From an uncultured Candidatus Entotheonella sp. (GTDB lineage Bacteria; Tectomicrobia; Entotheonellia; Entotheonellales; Entotheonellaceae), in contig CBDCDA010000001.1 in the NCBI GenBank assembly GCA_965215335.1, forward strand, positions 1,408,001 through 1,472,000: a stretch of DNA of 64,000 nt. The letters run 5' to 3'. The notes beneath the pieces were generated by a model, which was not told the origin of the DNA, did no database searches, and saw nothing but the letters and a program-made list of their open reading frames with translations. This document shows, in pieces, positions 36,654 to 45,345 of this stretch. Within the stretch, counting starts at the first letter, position 1; every line of letters begins with the position of its first letter. Both the position numbers and the translations under genes were made by a program.

Positions 36654-38102
36654 ATGCAGCAGACGACAGCGCAGCCGGTCATCCGGGGGGTGCGATTTTT
36701 TCTGGCCCACACCCCCGGGCTGGTACGCTACGGCTCCAAGCCCAGCCGCGACATTGCCCGCGACGCGGCGGTGGCCGACACCCTGAACGCCCACCTGCGC
36801 GGCTATGCCGACGCCATGGCCTATCCGCCCAACCGGGCCTTCCTCGGCGCCATCCACCCGGACGCCCTCGGCAGCCTGTCGACGCCGTGGTTCCGGCACA
36901 CGGGTTGCGGCGAGCGGTGGGGGCCGCACGGCGAGATCATGCCGGAGGCGGAGTTCTACGGCTGGCTGAAAATCGCCGACGCCTTCGATCTGGTCAGCCT
37001 GGAAGCCGGTTTCGTCGAGTCCGTCCGCCCGCTGCTGGCCGCCCATCCGCTGTGCACGCCGGCGGACCTCGAACAACTGGGAACGGGCGTTTCGCAAGGC
37101 GCGCTCGAAACCCGGCTGACGGGTGACATGCCTGCCCTGTCGCTTTTCCTGCGTGACGGCACCCGCATCGGCTGCTTCCACGCCGCGCACGAGGTGGACG
37201 CCTCGCTCGCCGCCGATGTGCTGATCGAAAACCTGACCTGCAAGACGACCGCCGTCCTGGCCATGCGCACGTTGTTGGCCCAGGAGCACGTCGACCCGCT
37301 GGCCATCCCCTACGTGCTTAACAGCGGCGAGGAAGCAGTGGGCGACCGCTACCAGCGCGGCGGCGGCAACCTGGCCAAGGCGGTGGCCGAAATGGCCGGT
37401 TGCCAGGCGGCAACCGGCGTCGATATCAAGGGGTTCTGCTGCGGCCCGCTGCACGCCCTGGCCGTCGCCGGCGGTCTGGTCAGCGCCCGCGTGTTTCCGC
37501 ACGTCGTCGTGGTCGGCGGTTGCGCCCTGTCTAAATTGGGCATGAAGTACCGTGGTCACATGCAGCACGACCAGCCCATCCTGGAGGACGTGCTGGCGGC
37601 AGTGGCCATTCTGGTCAGCGGTGACGACGGCGCCTCGCCCAGGCTCCGCCTGGACGCCCTGGGCCGCCACACCGTGGCCGCCGGACCATCGCAGAAGGCC
37701 ATTTTCGAGCAGCTCGTCAGCGAGCCTCTGCAACGCTTGGGCCTGGGCTTCGGCGAGGTCGACAAGTACGCCACCGAGCTGCACAACCCGGAGGTCACCG
37801 AACCGGCGGGCAGCGGCAACGTGCCGCTCCTCAACTACCGCATCATCGCGGGCCTAGCGGCCATGGGCAAGCAAATCACTCCCGCGCAGATGCCGGATTT
37901 CGTCGCCGCGCACGGCATGCCCGGTTTTTCACCCACCCAGGGGCACATCGCCTCGGCGGTGCCCTTCCTCGGTCATGCCGTGGACGGCCTGCGCGGCGGC
38001 GCCCTGCAGCGCGTGCTGCTGCTCGCCAAGGGCAGCCTGTTCCTCGGCCGCATGACGCAGATGGCCGACGGCGTGTCATTGCTTCTGGAGCGCAACGGTT
38101 AG
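36654..38102 (+). CDS. grdC: Glycine reductase complex component C beta subunit family (FabH-like)
   Basis: YPPN, GEIMPE.EFY, AHEVD.SL, EEAVGDRYQRGGGNLAKA.AE, GFCCGP.HA, DKYATELHNPE.T.PAG.GNVP, PTQGHI.S, KGSLFLGRMT. Confidence 0.9.
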   Translation: MQQTTAQPVIRGVRFFLAHTPGLVRYGSKPSRDIARDAAVADTLNAHLRGYADAMAYPPNRAFLGAIHPDALGSLSTPWFRHTGCGERWGPHGEIMPEAEFYGWLKIADAFDLVSLEAGFVESVRPLLAAHPLCTPADLEQLGTGVSQGALETRLTGDMPALSLFLRDGTRIGCFHAAHEVDASLAADVLIENLTCKTTAVLAMRTLLAQEHVDPLAIPYVLNSGEEAVGDRYQRGGGNLAKAVAEMAGCQAATGVDIKGFCCGPLHALAVAGGLVSARVFPHVVVVGGCALSKLGMKYRGHMQHDQPILEDVLAAVAILVSGDDGASPRLRLDALGRHTVAAGPSQKAIFEQLVSEPLQRLGLGFGEVDKYATELHNPEVTEPAGSGNVPLLNYRIIAGLAAMGKQITPAQMPDFVAAHGMPGFSPTQGHIASAVPFLGHAVDGLRGGALQRVLLLAKGSLFLGRMTQMADGVSLLLERNG

Positions 38103-38255
38103 GGGGTGTCGAGAGGCCGGAATCGTCCAGGTGTATGGTTCCGGGATTAGGTGGCAAGTGTCCTGAATGAAATTCGTTGTTCAACAAGCCGTCGTGCCAT
38201 AGGAGTTGCATCAGCAGGCGGGAAGTTGGCTGCTGCCATTGCGGCTTTCGCCTTT

Positions 38256-38292
38256 ACTAACCACTAACCACTAACCACTAACCACTAACCAC
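38256..38292. repeat. Heptamer tandem repeat (ACTAACC)x5
   Basis: Five perfect copies between the convergent grdC and SDR genes. Confidence 0.9.
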
Positions 38293-38300
38293 CGGCCACG

Positions 38301-39074
38301 TTACTGCGCGGTCATACCGCCGTCGATGACCAGCTCGGTGCCAGTGACGTAGCGCGACTCGTTCGAGGCCAGGTACAGCATACCGTAGGCGATGTCGTCG
38401 GCGTTGCCTAGGCGGCCGATGGGGGTGCGGTCCAGGCACCATTGGCGTCGTCCGACTTCGTTGGTATAGCCGTCGTCGGTGAGCGGCGTGTGGCAGAAGC
38501 CGGGGTGAATCGAGTTGACCCGGATGTTGTCCGCCGCGCACTGGATGGCCGCTGTCTTGGTGAACGTTCGGATGGCGCCCTTGGCGGCGTGGTAGGCGGT
38601 GGAATACGGGCTGCCGACGATCCCGTAGATGGACGACACGTTGATGATCGAGCCGCCGTCGGCCTTGCGCATTTCCGGGATGGCAAATTTCGTACCCAGG
38701 AAGACACCCTTGGCGTGCACGTCCATCTGGCCGTCCCAGATAGCCACGGTGGTTTCCTCCACCCGTTTGCGCGCCGCGGTGCCGGCGTTGTTGACCATGA
38801 CGTTCAGGCCGCCGAAGCGCGCTACCGCGGTCTGTACGGCCTCCTGCCAATCTTCCTCCTTGGTGACGTCCAGCCGCACGAACAGGGCGTCGCCGCCGGC
38901 CGCCTGGATCTGCTCCGTGGTCCGTTGCCCCTTGTCCTCCAGGATGTCGGTGAGAACGACCTTGGCGCCGTGCTGCGCAAACAGCCGCGCCGCGGCGCCG
39001 CCGAATCCCATGATCTCGCCTTCCATGCCAGCCGCCGCCCCGGTAATCAGGGCCACCTTCCCTGCCAATCGCAT
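38301..39074 (-). CDS. SDR family oxidoreductase
   Basis: ALITGAA..., NNAG, SS, YHAAK, VNSIHPG; short insertion in the glycine-rich loop. Confidence 0.92.
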   Translation of the reverse strand: MRLAGKVALITGAAAGMEGEIMGFGGAAARLFAQHGAKVVLTDILEDKGQRTTEQIQAAGGDALFVRLDVTKEEDWQEAVQTAVARFGGLNVMVNNAGTAARKRVEETTVAIWDGQMDVHAKGVFLGTKFAIPEMRKADGGSIINVSSIYGIVGSPYSTAYHAAKGAIRTFTKTAAIQCAADNIRVNSIHPGFCHTPLTDDGYTNEVGRRQWCLDRTPIGRLGNADDIAYGMLYLASNESRYVTGTELVIDGGMTAQ

Positions 39075-39157
39075 CGCGTTTTCCTCCTTGCCAATATCTG
39101 TATCGTTACGCCAGCGAAGCCCGTCCCGGCGTCGTTCCGGCGGCAACCAGCGCCAGT

Positions 39158-39183
39158 GGATGTCGGGTCAAGTCCGGCATGAC
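39158..39183. repeat. REP-like palindrome
   Basis: GGATGTCGGGTCAAGTCCGGCATGAC, an imperfect hairpin ending in ATGAC like the 19109 element. Confidence 0.55.
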
Positions 39184-39238
39184 GTGCGGGCGCGACTGAT
39201 TACAGCGTGACGAGTTTTGCCTCTTTTGCCTTTACTAG

Positions 39239-40258
39239 TGTTATGGTCCCGGGATTAGATGATATGGATTGATTTTGAATCTTTGCGGCTCCGATGTCCA
39301 GACCTTGCAGATGTATTCGTAGGGTGTAAGGCCCCGGAGGGTCTTGAGACGCCGCGCGAAGTTGTAGACCGACAGAAAATCATCCAGGTGGCTGCGTAGT
39401 CGGGCATGACTCTCGTCGTGGAAACGCTTGACGGTGGCCTCCTCGACCGTGCGGTTCAGGCGCTCGGCCTGAGCGTTGGTCCACGGATGGTTGGGCTGTG
39501 TCAGACGGTGCTCGATCCCATGTCGCCGACACGCCCGCTCGAACAGGTGACCGCGCAAGCGCGCCGTGGCGCCGCCTCGGTTCCTGGCAAGATCGGCAAA
39601 CTCGATGCCATCGTCGGTCGGCACCGTATGGACCTGGCAGGGCACGGCTGCAACCAGGTCGTCCAGGAATGCTGCCGCCGCTTTCGTGTTGGCGCGTTCC
39701 ACCAGCCTGGCGAAGGCGAACGTCGAGGTCCGGTCGATGGCGATGAACCGATGGAGTTTGCCCTCGGCGGTGCGCAGTTCGGCGATGTCGACATGGAAAT
39801 AGCCGATGGGGATAGCGCCTGAAGCGCTTCCTTTCGGGTTTGTCGCCCCTCTCTTGCGGCAGGCGGCTGATGTCATGACGCCTCAGGCAGCGATGGCGTG
39901 ACGAACGGGTGATGTGCGGGAGGGTCGGTTTGAGCGCATGGAGGCAGTCGTCGAGTGGCAGCAGGGTGTGGCGGCGGAAGGCTATGATGAGGGCTTCCTC
40001 GTCCTCGCCAAGAAGTGTCGAGCGCGGTTGTCTGGGTCCTGCCTTGTGGTCTTCGACGGTGTTTCGCTTTCGCCATTTTCGGACGGTCTTGGGGTTGATG
40101 CCATAGGTTTGGCTCAGTTCCTTGAGCGCAGCTTTCGATCGCTGCATGGCTTTTCTGACGGCGTGCGTGGTCGTGGCGCCGCCGTGAAGCACCTGTCCCA
40201 TAGTGCCTCCTTCGATTGCACGGAAAGGATCGTACCATCAGTCCCTGGGACTGTACAC
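39239..40258 (-). mobile_element. IS481 family insertion sequence with frameshifted transposase
   Basis: Flanked by CTAG (39235-39238, 40259-40262); imperfect IRs TGTTATGGTCCC / TGTACAGTCCC. MGQVLHGGATTT start; the DDE domain (GYFHVD, TDDG.EF, PWTNAQAER) is shifted by one extra C near 39808. Confidence 0.9.
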
Positions 40259-40443
40259 CTAGCCGCTGACCATTCACCCCTTGGTCACTGCCTTGACAGT
40301 ATAGGGAGGTAGCGGCAGGGCGCCAAATCGTCCGGGCACGGCGACTTTCTGGTGTCGCTACAGGCTTTGGTGTATATAGAGCGTGCCGCAAGCGGCGACG
40401 GCAGCGACAGCATCGGGGCATGACGCCGTACGACTTCGCCAGT

Positions 40444-40469
40444 GTCGGATTACGCAGCGTTAATCCGAC
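40444..40469. repeat. REP-like palindrome
   Basis: GTCGGATTA-CGCAGCGT-TAATCCGAC, 9-bp perfect stem. Confidence 0.65.
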
Positions 40470-40487
40470 CTGCTGACAGGAGGAGAT

Positions 40488-41237
40488 ATGAGCAGGCTGG
40501 AGGGAAAAGTAGCAATTATCAGCGGCGGCGCGCGCGGGCAGGGCCAAGTGGAAGCCAGACTCTTCGCAACGGAAGGTGCCAAGGTGGTATTTGGCGACGT
40601 ATTGGACGAGCAGGGCAAACAGGTCGAGGCGGCCATTCGCCAGGCCGGTGGCGAGGCAACCTACGTGCACCTCGACGTGACCCAGGAGGCGGATTGGCAG
40701 CAGGCCGTGGCCATCGCGGTGTCGACGTACGGCAAGCTGGACATCCTGGTGAACAACGCCGGTATTCTGCGGCGTGACGGCATCGAGGAGACGACCAAGG
40801 AGCTATGGGACACGGTGTTGGCGGTGAACGCGACCGGCGTATTTCTGGGCACCAAGCACGCCATTCCGGAGATGCGCAAGGCGAGCGGCGGATCGATCGT
40901 CAACATCTCGTCGATTTCCGGCATGGTGGCCCTCGGTGGGCCGGCCTACAACGCCTCCAAGGGCGCCGTGCGGGTGTTTACGAAGGTGACGGCCGTGCGT
41001 CATGCCGAGGACAACATTCGTTGCAACTCCATCCATCCAGGGCCGGTGCGCACCCCCATGACCGAGGGCACGTATGCCGATCCGGAGATGCTGGCGCGGC
41101 GCTTGCGCGACATGCCCTTGGGCCGCTTGGGCACGTCGGAGGACATTGCATACGGGGTGTTGTATCTGGCGTCCGACGAGGCCGCCTACGTAACGGGAGC
41201 GGAGTTGGTCATCGACGGGGGATATACGGCGCAGTAA
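40488..41237 (+). CDS. SDR family oxidoreductase (paralogue of 38301-39074)
   Basis: SGGARGQG, NNAG, YNASK, NSIHPG; shares GVFLGTK.AIPEMRKA.GGSI with the other SDR. Confidence 0.93.
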   Translation: MSRLEGKVAIISGGARGQGQVEARLFATEGAKVVFGDVLDEQGKQVEAAIRQAGGEATYVHLDVTQEADWQQAVAIAVSTYGKLDILVNNAGILRRDGIEETTKELWDTVLAVNATGVFLGTKHAIPEMRKASGGSIVNISSISGMVALGGPAYNASKGAVRVFTKVTAVRHAEDNIRCNSIHPGPVRTPMTEGTYADPEMLARRLRDMPLGRLGTSEDIAYGVLYLASDEAAYVTGAELVIDGGYTAQ

Positions 41238-41395
41238 GAGTCTGGCCCAAAATAATTTAAGTGATTTCAGCCAGTCGTGGTTCACTGAGTGTCTCCAAAC
41301 AGTCAGCCAGGCACAACGATTACGCCAGGTCTTCGCCGATAGTGCCTATTCAGATCCCAAATTGGCGGCGCTGAAACCGCCTTGGCCGCTGGCGA

Positions 41396-41630
41396 CTGAA
41401 ATCAGAAAAGAAGTACATGCGGGCGATGGCGCAACTTGGCCCCAGGACCGCATCGTTCCGGTGACATCGCTAACGAACTGGGTCATCAAGTAAGTTCCCT
41501 GGCTCCCGCGTGCAATCACGCTTGATCAACAAAGGCATGATTTGGAGTCCAGGCCACGGCGGGCGACACCGCGTTCACCGTCCCCATGTTCGACGAGTTC
41601 ATGCGGCGTATCATGCCCGGCGACAAATAA
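41396..41630 (+). pseudogene. C-terminal fragment of an AAA-type ATP-binding protein
   Basis: EKKYMRAMAQLGP/GPHRSGDIANELG...SLAP/LINKGMIWSP.HG/DTAFTVPMFDEFMRR* across three frameshifts. Confidence 0.65.
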
Positions 41631-41795
41631 TGATCGTCCGACTGGTGCAAAGGATGCCTCGCGAGACTTCACGACTGTACGACTTTTGACGCAGCGGACA
41701 AAATGCGATAGAAATCAGCACTTTCCAGCTTGCCTTGCATCATTCGTACCGGCTCGCCGTGCGATGCCCTCGCTCAACACACTTGGAGGTTCACC

Positions 41796-43028
41796 ATGCC
41801 CAGGCTTCAATTTGGCGCCTTTCTCGCCCCGCACCACCCGATTGCCGAGAACCCGACGCTGCAGTTCCGCGGCGACCTGGACTTCGTGGAACACCTGGAC
41901 AAGCTCGGCTTCGACGAGTTCTGGTGCGGGGAGCATCACTCGACGGGCTGGGAGATGATCGCCTCCCCGGAGATGTTTCTGGCGGCTGCCGGCGAGCGCA
42001 CCCATCGCATCCGGCTCGGAACGGGCGTGGTGTCACTGCCGTACCACCACCCCTTCATCGTGGCGCAGCGTATCGTGCAACTCGATCACATGACGGGCGG
42101 GCGCGCCATCTTCGGCTCCGGGCCGGGGGCGTTGCCGTCCGACGCCCATACGCTGGGCATCGACCCCATGGTGCAGCGCGACCGGCAGGACGAGGCGATT
42201 GGCGTCATCCGTCGTCTGTTGCGGGGTGAGGAGCGCTTCAGCTACGAGTCGGACTGGTTCACCCTGCGAGACACGCGCCTGCACCTGCTGCCGCTGCAGG
42301 AGGACCTGCCGTTTGCCGTCGCTTCCATCATCAGCCCGTCCGGCATGACCCTGGCGGGCAAGCACGGCACCGGAGTGCTGTCAATCGGCTCGATGTCCAC
42401 CGAGGGGCTGCAGGCCCTGCCGCTGCAGTGGAGCTTTGCGGAGGAAGCGGCGGCCAAGTACGGCAACACCGTGGACCGCCGCGACTGGCGCATCGTCATG
42501 ACGTGGCACATTGCCGAGACGCGCGAGCAGGCTCGCAGGGAAGCCCGGGAGGGGCTGATGCACTGGCACAACGAATACACGGTGGGCACCCTCATGCGGC
42601 CCGGCGTGGAGGCGTTCAGCGACCCGGACGAGGCGGTGGACAAGACGGCTTTTGGCGAGGATTCGGCGTCGGTAATCGGCACGCCCGACGACCTGGTGGC
42701 CGCCATCCACCGCATGACGGAGCTGACCGGCGGCTTCGGCACGGTCATCGGCTTCGTGCACGACTGGGCGAATCGGGAGAACACGCTGCGCAGCTGGGAC
42801 CTGGTGGCCCGCTACGTCGTTCCGCAGGTCAACGGCATGCTGGCGGCGTACCGGGAATCGCGCCAGTTCGTGGTGGAGCACCGAGAATCGTTTCAGCGCG
42901 CCAACCAGGCGGTACTGTCCAAGATCATGGAAAACGAGCGCGCTGCCGCGGCGGTAGAGCAGACCGGCAACGGGCGCTTCGCCATTCCGGCGCACCACGC
43001 GCCGGACATGGAGAAAACGCCGTCGTAA
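41796..43028 (+). CDS. LLM class flavin-dependent monooxygenase
   Basis: FGAFLAP.H, GFDEFW.GEHHS, LGTGVVSLPYHHP, LDH.T.GR..FG.GPG.L..DA. Confidence 0.9.
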   Translation: MPRLQFGAFLAPHHPIAENPTLQFRGDLDFVEHLDKLGFDEFWCGEHHSTGWEMIASPEMFLAAAGERTHRIRLGTGVVSLPYHHPFIVAQRIVQLDHMTGGRAIFGSGPGALPSDAHTLGIDPMVQRDRQDEAIGVIRRLLRGEERFSYESDWFTLRDTRLHLLPLQEDLPFAVASIISPSGMTLAGKHGTGVLSIGSMSTEGLQALPLQWSFAEEAAAKYGNTVDRRDWRIVMTWHIAETREQARREAREGLMHWHNEYTVGTLMRPGVEAFSDPDEAVDKTAFGEDSASVIGTPDDLVAAIHRMTELTGGFGTVIGFVHDWANRENTLRSWDLVARYVVPQVNGMLAAYRESRQFVVEHRESFQRANQAVLSKIMENERAAAAVEQTGNGRFAIPAHHAPDMEKTPS

Positions 43029-43043
43029 GGCGGGAAACGGCGC

Positions 43044-44507
43044 TCAGTAGCCGGGCGGCGGAGTGAAGGCGAAGCCGGCGCTTTCAAGCAGCTTGGCAAG
43101 GCCGACGGTTTTGAGGTCGCCGAACTCCGGTCCGATGATCTGCACCCCGATGGGCAGGCCGTCGGCGCTCAGGCCCGCCGGCACGACGGTGGAGGGCAGG
43201 TAGGCGCAGATCGCCAGACCAGCCCAGAATATCTGTTGGAAATACGGCTGCGGCACACCGTCCACCTTGATCGTCCGCTTCTCAAAACGCTGGTGATCAT
43301 GCTCGAACGCCGGCGTCGCCATGATCGGCGCAATCAGCGCGTCATACGTCTTGAAAAAGTCATGCCAGGCCCAGCGCAGACGGGTGCGCGCCTCGTTGGC
43401 CTGCGCGTATTCCCAATGAGTGGCGGTCTGCCGCCGCAGCGTGCGGGCGCGGTCACTCTGGTCATCGGCGTCCAGGGCCACGACGTCCGCCTGCATCTTG
43501 GCGTAGACGTCTTCCGGCTGCCGGGCGGCCAGCGTGGCTTGCAGAAGTAGTTGATAGGTGTCGTTGACCTCACGCGCCACGAAGTCCGGCCGGGCCGTTT
43601 CGTCCACCGTCCCCCCTGACTGTGAGATGGCCTCGGCAACGGCCTCGACTCGCCTCACCACCTCCTGACTCACCGGCGCGACGGCGTCGTTCTTCCACAC
43701 CGCCACGCGATAGTTGGCCAGCGACGTTTGACTGGGGGCTTGCAGGTCCAGTTGATAACCAGCCCGCTGCAACTCGTCGGGACCGGCGGCGGCCTGCACG
43801 CCGAGTTCGAGGTCCGACGCGCTGCGCGCCAGTGGGCCAATCACGGAAAGGTCCGGCTGCGCCAGGATACCCGGCGTGGCGTGGCCTCGGGGCGGCAACA
43901 GGCCCCACGTCGGCTTGTGCCCAAAGACGCCGCAAAAGTGGGCCGGGTTGCGGATCGAGCCGCCGATGTCCGAGCCGATTTCCAGGGTCGTCATGCCGCT
44001 CGCCAAGGCCGCCGCGGAGCCGCCGGAGGAACCGCCAGGGGTACGCTGCGGGTTCCACGGGTTGCTGGTGGTACCGTAAATGTCATTGTAACTCTGGAAA
44101 TCCGCCAGCCGCAGCGGCACGTTCGTCTTGCCGAAGACGACCGACCCGGCCGCCTTCAGCCGCTGAATCGCCAGCGCGTCCCGCGCGGCGATGTTGTCCT
44201 TCAACTCCGGCATGCCGAACGTCGTCGGCAATCCCGCCACGTCGAACGAGTCCTTGCACGTCATCGGCACGCCGTGCAGCGGTCCCCAGACCTCGCCGCG
44301 CGCCAGCGCCGCGTCGGCCTGCCGGGCGCGCTCGCGGGCGCGTTCGACGTCCAGCACGACGATGGCGTTGAGTTGCGGGTTGAACCGGTCAACGCGATCC
44401 AGGTAGTGATCGAGAAGCTCCAGGCAACCGATCTGCCGATTCCTGAGCAATTGCGCCAACTCGACAGCCGGCTTGAACGTTATGTCACTCATGTCTTTTC
44501 CTTCCAT
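43044..44507 (-). CDS. Amidase signature family protein
   Basis: GPLHGVP.T.KD, GKTN, PGGSSGGS, GSDIGGSIR. Confidence 0.93.
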   Translation of the reverse strand: MEGKDMSDITFKPAVELAQLLRNRQIGCLELLDHYLDRVDRFNPQLNAIVVLDVERARERARQADAALARGEVWGPLHGVPMTCKDSFDVAGLPTTFGMPELKDNIAARDALAIQRLKAAGSVVFGKTNVPLRLADFQSYNDIYGTTSNPWNPQRTPGGSSGGSAAALASGMTTLEIGSDIGGSIRNPAHFCGVFGHKPTWGLLPPRGHATPGILAQPDLSVIGPLARSASDLELGVQAAAGPDELQRAGYQLDLQAPSQTSLANYRVAVWKNDAVAPVSQEVVRRVEAVAEAISQSGGTVDETARPDFVAREVNDTYQLLLQATLAARQPEDVYAKMQADVVALDADDQSDRARTLRRQTATHWEYAQANEARTRLRWAWHDFFKTYDALIAPIMATPAFEHDHQRFEKRTIKVDGVPQPYFQQIFWAGLAICAYLPSTVVPAGLSADGLPIGVQIIGPEFGDLKTVGLAKLLESAGFAFTPPPGY

Positions 44508-44842
44508 AAAAAGGCCTGCCCGGCATGATGACCCGTATCCTTCTCAGTGGCAATGCGCTTCGAGTGTAATGACAATGGGCCGCACCGCTAGGCGCCAGCT
44601 TTCCAAGATCGCCTGACGTACACCAGCCACCTTGGGGATCGACAGATTCCCAGCGCCATCAGCGCATCACCTATCCATCTATGAGAGCGACGGACACCCA
44701 AAGCATCGTTGAGACCGTAAAGCGAGTTGGGAAGCATCCTTGCTCCGTGGCGATGCGTGCTGAAAGGGCGTTGCGCAAACGTCGTCCTGGCGCACCGGGA
44801 AATCCCGATTGAAGAATCGTTCAGGTTTGGAATGCTTGCCAT

Positions 44843-45290
44843 AACGCTCTGTAGTAGTCTCGAATTTTTTGGCCATAAGGGTTCTACGCTGTTGCAGAAA
44901 CCCATCGTAGTCTTGGACGTCTGCCTCGTCCATTCCTTGAGGAATGCAATGCGCCACGAGATTGGCGCACAATTGATCAGCGTCCGTGATGCCGCCATAT
45001 CGAAAGCTCTCCGTTTTCGCACTGGCTCCACAAGGCGCGAAAGTAGGTTGCCGGTAGAGCGCCGCCAATCGCAATGTTGATCTCGCTCTGCATGACGACG
45101 TAGTTCGCAATCTGGATTGTAGCGGTGGCGCGAAAGACCTTCGTTCTTCAGATAGCTGCGTGGGAAGACATGGTGGATATGTGAAAGGCCCTCCAGAAGG
45201 TTTTGTACCGTATGCGCACTCGAGAGGAATCCTTTGTCATTTCCTTCCAAAGAGCCACGGCTTCACCCTTGTGGAAGTAACCGAAGACAG
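44843..45290 (-). pseudogene. Frameshifted C-terminal remnant of a DUF262/GmrSD-like protein
   Basis: KGFLS...IHHVFPRSYLK...RYN/IANY...QSEINIAI...YGGITD...N...HCIP...YDGFLQQRR.LMA across frames; lower GC. Confidence 0.55.
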
Positions 45291-45345
45291 ACTGTTACGG
45301 TCTACGAGGCCAAGCGCCGGCGATGGTCCGCAGACGATTCCGGGT

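Noticed and set aside
38256..38292. CRISPR or telomere-like array
   Set aside because: Simple 7-nt tandem repeat with no spacers and no cas genes
38103..38300. Hidden grdA selenoprotein next to the grd operon
   Set aside because: No CxxU-TAAGAMD-like motif seen here or in 33715-33944, and the gaps are too short
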